Below, one piece after another: positions 58,553 to 64,000 of a DNA stretch of 64,000 nt. A program made the translations under genes and the position numbers. A model generated the notes under the pieces. That model was given only the letters and a program-made list of their open reading frames with translations, was not told the origin of the DNA and made no database searches. This DNA comes from an uncultured Burkholderiales bacterium. GTDB lineage: Bacteria; Pseudomonadota; Gammaproteobacteria; Burkholderiales; Thiobacillaceae. Numbering within the stretch: position 1 is the first letter of the stretch; the number at the start of each line of letters is the position of its first letter. The stretch covers positions 19,541 through 83,540 of the forward strand of contig CALHRD010000012.1 of assembly GCA_938038385.1 (NCBI GenBank), written 5' to 3'.

Positions 58553-59901
58553 AGGCGGCGCTCCTCGACGAAGGACTGCACCACCCGTTCCATCTGCATG
58601 AAGCGGGAGCCCTTGACCAGGACCGTGACCCCGGGGGCGAGGGCATTCTCGACCTCGGCCAGCAGCTCCTCGATGCGCTCGAAGTGCATCGCGCCGGGAC
58701 CGAAGCCCTGCACGGCGTGCAGGGACTGCTCACCCAGGGCGAGCAGGCGGTCGATACCGGCGGCCTTGGCCCGCACGCCGATCTCGCGGTGCAGTTCGGC
58801 CGCGCCGGGGCCCAGTTCCCCCATATCGCCGAGAACCAGGATGCGCCTGCCCGGCATCGCGCTCAAAACCTGGATGGCGGCGGCGACCGAGTCGGGGTTG
58901 GCGTTGTAGGTGTCGTCGATGAGCCGCGCCCCCAGGATGCAGGGATGGATCTGCAGACGCCCCTTGACCCCCCGGTAAGCCGCGAGTCCCTGCGCGATGG
59001 CCTGCGCCGGCACCGCCAGGGCGATGGCGGCCGCGGCCGCCGCGGCGGCGTTGCGCACGTTGTGCAGACCGGGCACGGCAAGGCGGGTCCCGATGCGGCC
59101 GACCGGCGTGTGCAGGGTCAGGCCGGTGTCGTCGTCGCCCGGCGCTCGTTCCGCCCGCACGTCCGCCTCCGGTCCGAGACCGAAGCGCAGCACCCGCCTG
59201 CCACGGTTGAGGTCCAGCCAGAGCGCGGCGTGCGGGTCATCGATGTTGACCAGGGCCACACCGCCCTCCCCGAGCCCCTCGTAGATCTCGCCCTTGGCGC
59301 GGGCCACCGCCTCCACCGTGACCAGGCCCTCCAGATGGGCGCGCTGGGCGTTGTTCACCAGAGCGGCGTCGGGCCGGGTGAGTCGCGTGAGATAGGCGAT
59401 TTCGCCGGCATGGTTCATGCCCATCTCGATCACCCCGTAGCGGTGTTCGGGGTTGAGCCCGAGCAGGGTGAGCGGCACGCCGATGTCGTTGTTGAGATTG
59501 CCCTCGGTGGCGAGCACCGCCGCATCGCCCGCATGCGTGCGCAGGATGGCGGCGGTCATCTCCTTGACCGTGGTCTTGCCGTTGCTGCCGGTGACGGCGA
59601 GGATGCGCGCCGGCATGCGGCTGCGGTGCCAGGCGGCGAGTCGCCCCAGGGCGAGGCGGGTGTCGGCGACGACGAGCGCGGGCTGAAGACCGGGGGCGTG
59701 CCGTGCATCGACCATCACCGCGGCGGCACCCCGTTCGATGGCCTGGCCGATGAAGGTATGGCCGTCGAAGCGGGCGCCCTTGAGCGCCACGAACAGGCAG
59801 CCGGGCGTGAGCCTGCGGGTGTCGGTCTCCACCCGGTCGAATTCGATGTCGGCACCCACGGCGGTGGCGCCGATGGCCGCGGCAGCTTCATGCAGGCGCA
59901 T
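58543..59901 (-). CDS. murF: UDP-N-acetylmuramoyl-tripeptide--D-alanyl-D-alanine ligase
   Basis: Trimmed to the ATG giving [11 protein letters not shown]. Carries [12 protein letters not shown] and GSNGKTT. It overlaps the murE stop. Confidence 0.9.
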   Translation of the reverse strand: MRLHEAAAAIGATAVGADIEFDRVETDTRRLTPGCLFVALKGARFDGHTFIGQAIERGAAAVMVDARHAPGLQPALVVADTRLALGRLAAWHRSRMPARILAVTGSNGKTTVKEMTAAILRTHAGDAAVLATEGNLNNDIGVPLTLLGLNPEHRYGVIEMGMNHAGEIAYLTRLTRPDAALVNNAQRAHLEGLVTVEAVARAKGEIYEGLGEGGVALVNIDDPHAALWLDLNRGRRVLRFGLGPEADVRAERAPGDDDTGLTLHTPVGRIGTRLAVPGLHNVRNAAAAAAAAIALAVPAQAIAQGLAAYRGVKGRLQIHPCILGARLIDDTYNANPDSVAAAIQVLSAMPGRRILVLGDMGELGPGAAELHREIGVRAKAAGIDRLLALGEQSLHAVQGFGPGAMHFERIEELLAEVENALAPGVTVLVKGSRFMQMERVVQSFVEERRLCS

Positions 59902-61366
59902 GACGGCTCCTTTCCTCCAGTGCAGCGCGGGCGACCTCCAGGTCGGAGAAGGGTTGGCGCACGCCGTGGATCTCCTGGTAGTCCTCGTGCCCCTTGCCGG
60001 CGACCAACACCACGTCCTCGATCCCCGCCGTGAGGATGGCCCTGCGGATGGCCTCGGCACGGTCGATGATGGCGGTCTGGCCTGGCGGCATGCCGGCCAG
60101 GATGTCGGCGATGATCGCGGCGGGGTCCTCGTTGCGCGGGTTGTCGCTGGTGACCACGACCGCATCGGCGAGCGCGGCGGCGATGCCACCCATGAGGGGG
60201 CGCTTGCCGCGGTCGCGTCCGCCGCCGGCGCCGAAGACGCACCACAGCCGTCCGGCGGTCAGTGGGCGCAGGGCCTTCAGTGTCTTTTCCAGGGCATCTG
60301 GGGTATGCGCATAATCGACCACCACCGTCGGCCCCTCAGCCCCGAGCCTCAGGGTCTGCATGCGACCGGCCACGGGGCGGAGCTGACCCAGTTGCCGGAG
60401 GGCATCGTCGAATTGCACCCCGGCGGCGAGCAGGCCGCCCAGTACGGCCAGCAGGTTGTAGGCGTTGAACTCGCCCAGCAGGGGACTTGCGATCTCGCCC
60501 CGGCCCCAGGGCGTGGCGATCGTCATGCGTATGCCCCGGGCATCGAGCCCGAGCGCACTGCCGAGGACCTCGCCACGGTGCAAGCCGTAGCCGAGACGCT
60601 GCACATCCGTGCCTTCCAGACGCTGGTAAAGCGCCCGGCCGAACTCGTCGTCCAGGTTGAGGACCGCCCACTTGAGCCCCGGCCAGCCGAACAGCTTGGC
60701 CTTGGCCTGGGCGTAGGCCTCCATGTCGCCGTGGTAGTCCAGATGGTCGCGCGACAGGTTGGTGAGGATGGCCACGTCGAAGTGCACACCCCGCACCCGG
60801 CCCTGATCCAGGCCATGCGAGGAGACCTCCATGACCGCAGCCTCGGCGCCGGCGGTGCGGTAGTCGGCGAGCAGGCGCTGCAGGGTGACGCAGTCCGGCG
60901 TGGTGTGGCTGGCAGGGGTGAGCGCCCCGCAAAGACCGTTGCCCAGCGTGCCGAGGATGGCGCTGGTCCTGCCTGTGCCGGTCAGGGCCTGCCCCAGCCA
61001 GTGGGCGACGGAGGTCTTGCCGTTGGTGCCGGTGACGCCGGTCATCCACAAGGCGCGGCTGGGGTCGTCATACCAGCGTGCGGCGAGCGCCGCGGCCAGG
61101 CTGCGCAGCCCAGGCACGGGCAGGTTCGGCAGCTCTGTCTGCAGCGACCAGTGGTAACCCTCGGCCTCCCAGAGCACGGCCGATACGCCGGCCGCCACGG
61201 CCTGGGGGATGTAGTGACGGCCGTCGTGGACATCGCCGGGGAAGGCGAGGAAGACGTCGCCGGCGCCGATGAGGCGGCTGTCCGCGCTCAGGCCGGCTTC
61301 GGCCGGACAGTGTGCGCGCAGCCAGTGCAGCAGCGCATCGACGGCGGCGGCCGGATGTGTCGTCAC
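59888..61366 (-). CDS. murE: UDP-N-acetylmuramoyl-L-alanyl-D-glutamate--2,6-diaminopimelate ligase
   Basis: GVTGTNGKTS and the DNPR motif (VVVTSDNPRNEDP) that marks meso-DAP-adding MurE. Confidence 0.93.
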   Translation of the reverse strand: MTTHPAAAVDALLHWLRAHCPAEAGLSADSRLIGAGDVFLAFPGDVHDGRHYIPQAVAAGVSAVLWEAEGYHWSLQTELPNLPVPGLRSLAAALAARWYDDPSRALWMTGVTGTNGKTSVAHWLGQALTGTGRTSAILGTLGNGLCGALTPASHTTPDCVTLQRLLADYRTAGAEAAVMEVSSHGLDQGRVRGVHFDVAILTNLSRDHLDYHGDMEAYAQAKAKLFGWPGLKWAVLNLDDEFGRALYQRLEGTDVQRLGYGLHRGEVLGSALGLDARGIRMTIATPWGRGEIASPLLGEFNAYNLLAVLGGLLAAGVQFDDALRQLGQLRPVAGRMQTLRLGAEGPTVVVDYAHTPDALEKTLKALRPLTAGRLWCVFGAGGGRDRGKRPLMGGIAAALADAVVVTSDNPRNEDPAAIIADILAGMPPGQTAIIDRAEAIRRAILTAGIEDVVLVAGKGHEDYQEIHGVRQPFSDLEVARAALEERSRHAPA

Positions 61367-63114
61367 ACCGCCTCTCCCACCACCGGCGCAGTGGAACTGG
61401 GCGCGGTCACGGCGTCCATGGGCGCGTCGGGCGGCACGGCCATCAGCCTGAGCGCCCCGGCCATCACCCTGGAGAACACCGGCGCGGCCACCAGACCGCC
61501 GTAGTACTCGCGGCCCCCAGGCTCGTCGATCATCACCGCCACCACCAGACGCGGGTCCGACGCGGGCGCCAGACCGACGAAGGAGGCGATGTACTTGTCC
61601 GCGGCATAGCTGCCGCCCACCAGCTTGTGCGCCGTGCCGGTCTTGCCGGCGACGCGGTAACCCATCACCCTGGCCTGCGGGGCGGTGCCGCCATTGTGGG
61701 TCACACGTTCCAGCATCTCGCGCACGATCTGCGCAGTCTCCGCCGTCATGACGCGCTTGCCGACGGCCTGTTCCCGGTGCTTGAGCACGGTCAGGGGGGG
61801 CATGATGCCGTCGTTGGCGAATGCAGCGTAAGCCCGGGCCAGTTGCAGCAGGCTCACGGACATGCCATGACCGAAGCCCATGGTGGCCTTCTCGATCGGA
61901 CGCCAGGTCCGGTAGGGCCGCAGGGTGCCCGCTGCCTCGCCGGGCAGGCCCGCGCGCGGCGGCGCCCCGAAACCGGCCTGGTCGAGCAGCCGCCAGTAAT
62001 CCTCGGCCTTCAGATCCATGGCGATACGGGCGGCGGCGACGTTGCTCGAGACCTGCAAGGCCTCGGTGAGGGTCAATACGCCCTTGGGATGCACGTCGGT
62101 GATGCGCTTGTCGCCGATGTAGTAATAACCCGGCCCGGTGTCGATGCGCGTGTCTGCATTCACGATGCCGGCGTCGATGGCGGCAGCCATGAGGAAGGGC
62201 TTCATGGTCGAGCCGGGCTCGAAGGTGTCGGTGGCTGGCCGGTTGCGTGCCCGGTCTGCGCTATAGGTGGCGCGGTTGTTGGGGTTGAATGAAGGCACGG
62301 TGGCCATGGCCAGGATCTCCCCGGTGCGGCTGTCCACCACCACCACCGAACCGGCGCGGGCGCGATGCCGCTGCACGGCCTCGGTCAATTCCCGGTGGGC
62401 CAGGTACTGGATCTGCAGATTGAAGGAGAGGGTCAGGTCGTTGCCGGGCTTGGGCAGGCGTATGAGCTCCAGCTCCTCCACCACGTTGCCCTTGCGGTCC
62501 CGGACAACACGCTTCATGCCGTCCTCGCCCGCAAGCCAGGTGTTGTAGATCAGCTCCAGGCCCTCGATGCCGCGGTCTTCGACATTGGTCATGCCCACGA
62601 CCTGGGCCATGACCTCGCCGGCGGGGTAGAAGCGGCGAAACTCGGGCTGGGCGTGCAGGCCCTTGATGCCCAGCGCCAGACATTGCCTGGCCAGATCGGG
62701 CGACATCTGCCGCCGCAGGTAGACGAAGGTCCTGGACTCGTCGGCAAAGGTCCTGGCCAGGGTGGCGTGATCCTCTCCGAGCAGCGCGGCCAGGGCCTGG
62801 ATCTGCTCGTCGCTGGCCTCCGCTTCGCGCGGATTGACCCAGAGGGATTCGACCGGTGTGCTGATGGCCAGCGGCTCGCCCCGGCGGTCCAGGATCATGC
62901 CGCGATGGGCGGTGATGGGGACCACCCGGTTCACCCGCTTTTCGCCTTGCAGGTTCAGGAATTCGGTCTGCCAGGCCTGCAGATAGGTCGCGCGCACGGT
63001 CAGTGCCGCGAAGCCGCCAAAGAGAAGCGCCATGACCAGGCGCATGCGCCAGCGCTGCAGGTCGAGGCGCAGCAGCGGATTGGCGTGCCGGTTGGCGTGA
63101 CGCATGCGGCTCAT
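61363..63114 (-). CDS. ftsI: peptidoglycan D,D-transpeptidase FtsI (PBP3)
   Basis: Trimmed to the ATG giving MSRMRHANR, with an ATGA overlap with the ftsL stop. A transmembrane helix, then transpeptidase motifs STMKP, SSN and KTGTA. Confidence 0.9.
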   Translation of the reverse strand: MSRMRHANRHANPLLRLDLQRWRMRLVMALLFGGFAALTVRATYLQAWQTEFLNLQGEKRVNRVVPITAHRGMILDRRGEPLAISTPVESLWVNPREAEASDEQIQALAALLGEDHATLARTFADESRTFVYLRRQMSPDLARQCLALGIKGLHAQPEFRRFYPAGEVMAQVVGMTNVEDRGIEGLELIYNTWLAGEDGMKRVVRDRKGNVVEELELIRLPKPGNDLTLSFNLQIQYLAHRELTEAVQRHRARAGSVVVVDSRTGEILAMATVPSFNPNNRATYSADRARNRPATDTFEPGSTMKPFLMAAAIDAGIVNADTRIDTGPGYYYIGDKRITDVHPKGVLTLTEALQVSSNVAAARIAMDLKAEDYWRLLDQAGFGAPPRAGLPGEAAGTLRPYRTWRPIEKATMGFGHGMSVSLLQLARAYAAFANDGIMPPLTVLKHREQAVGKRVMTAETAQIVREMLERVTHNGGTAPQARVMGYRVAGKTGTAHKLVGGSYAADKYIASFVGLAPASDPRLVVAVMIDEPGGREYYGGLVAAPVFSRVMAGALRLMAVPPDAPMDAVTAPSSTAPVVGEAV

Positions 63115-63389
63115 GGCCCGACCGCCTCCGGCGGCAGGAGCAGATGGATGCGCGCAGCATCGGGTACGGCCATGTGCAGCTGGTGCTGAGCCACGACCTC
63201 GACCCGGCTGTGCATGGCCCAGGTGCTTTGTTCCAGAAGGAGCCTGCCCCACTCGATGTCCAGTGCGCGCGCCTGGGCCTGGGCCTGCTGCAGTTCCACG
63301 AACAGCTTGCGCGCCTGGTGGCGCGCCGACACCACGGCGATGGCACAGACGAGCAGGAGCAGGGCGAGCGCGGCGTTGAGCCTCAGCAT
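63111..63389 (-). CDS. ftsL: cell division protein FtsL
   Basis: 92 aa with a single transmembrane helix followed by a coiled coil ([30 protein letters not shown]). It lies between rsmH and ftsI. Confidence 0.85.
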   Translation of the reverse strand: MLRLNAALALLLLVCAIAVVSARHQARKLFVELQQAQAQARALDIEWGRLLLEQSTWAMHSRVEVVAQHQLHMAVPDAARIHLLLPPEAVGP

Positions 63390-64000
63390 GCGCCACCCTC
63401 CTCACGACGCTCGGCCACCCTCAGGACGGCACTGCGGGCGCGGGGGTTGACCGCCGCTTCGGCGGCGGTGGGGCGTATGGCCTTGCCGACGAGGCGCAGG
63501 CGTCCGACGGGCAGGGCATCCCGGGTCAGGGGGATCTCGGGCGGGATCTCGGCGCCCTTCTCCTCCGCCCGCATGAAGCGTTTGACCAGGCGATCCTCCA
63601 GGGAGTGAAAGCTGATCACCGCGAGCCTCCCCCCCGGCCGGAGGAGATCGACCGCCTGGGGCAGCGCGCGAGCCAGTTCTTCAAGTTCACGGTTAATGTG
63701 AATCCGGATAGCCTGGAAGGTGCGCGTGGCGGGATCCTGGCCGGGTTCCCGGGTGCGGATGGCCTGAGCGCAGAGCCGGGCGAGCTGACCGGTGGTGGTG
63801 ATGGGGGCCTCGGCGCGCGCTGCGACAATCGCCCTTGCAACCGACTTAGCAAACCGCTCCTCGCCATATTCCCGGACCACGCGGGTGATCTCCTGTTCAT
63901 CGGCTTCGTTCAACCACTCGGCCGCCGTGGGGCCGCGGCTCGTATCCATACGCATGTCCAGCGGCGCGTCGAGCCGGAAGCTGAAACCCCGCTCGGGTGT
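63383..64000 (-). CDS. rsmH: 16S rRNA (cytosine1402-N4)-methyltransferase RsmH, 5' end beyond the window
   Basis: The reading frame stays open to position 64000. Carries [24 protein letters not shown] and a typical RsmH C-terminus. Confidence 0.9.
   Translation of the reverse strand, partial: TPERGFSFRLDAPLDMRMDTSRGPTAAEWLNEADEQEITRVVREYGEERFAKSVARAIVAARAEAPITTTGQLARLCAQAIRTREPGQDPATRTFQAIRIHINRELEELARALPQAVDLLRPGGRLAVISFHSLEDRLVKRFMRAEEKGAEIPPEIPLTRDALPVGRLRLVGKAIRPTAAEAAVNPRARSAVLRVAERREEGGAC

Overview
High-GC (by eye roughly two-thirds G+C) proteobacterial chromosome segment, probably from a sulfur-oxidising gammaproteobacterium; the taxon cannot be fixed from this window. All product calls rest on motifs I recognise by eye in the supplied translations, since no searches were run. 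Because of the GC content, nearly every real gene is shadowed by long antisense or out-of-frame ORFs. I trimmed many ORF-track entries to internal starts using RBS, signal-peptide and overlap logic. The window has four blocks. (1) 1-5.7 kb: stand-alone soxYZ with its own terminator, a secreted DUF302 protein, a secreted Pro/Gly/Met-rich low-complexity protein, cytochrome c4, engB and hemB. (2) About 5.7-37.1 kb: an accessory island built around the PEP-CTERM/exosortase regulon. It holds a PilZ/YcgR-type protein and a plus-strand operon (FeeM-like N-acyl amino acid synthase, WbpG-like PP-loop enzyme, acyl-AMP/CoA ligase, stand-alone thioester reductase, heptad-repeat/PD-(D/E)XK-like protein, VAO/PCMH-type flavoprotein oxidase). 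It also holds a PEP-CTERM protein gene behind a textbook sigma-54 promoter, a membrane-anchored LbH acyltransferase, and a minus-strand operon (LolA-like, GT1 glycosyltransferase, GMC oxidoreductase, SRPBCC). A LolCDE-like ABC system (ATPase, two FtsX permeases) with a coupled outer-membrane barrel follows, then two tandem PrsT TPR proteins, PrsR, PrsK and a priming sugar transferase. No exosortase gene is visible in the window. (3) 37.4-45.5 kb: an NTase-fold protein coupled to mrcA, divergent from pilMNOPQ. (4) 45.6-64 kb: lpxC and a complete dcw cluster (ftsZ back to rsmH, which is truncated by the window end) on the minus strand. I recognised no rRNA, tRNA, CRISPR array, transposase or integrase. 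Two families of interspersed palindromic repeats populate the intergenic regions. The best candidate for an undescribed system is the lipid-type biosynthetic operon plus the Lol-like export module, embedded in and co-directional with the PEP-CTERM regulatory genes.
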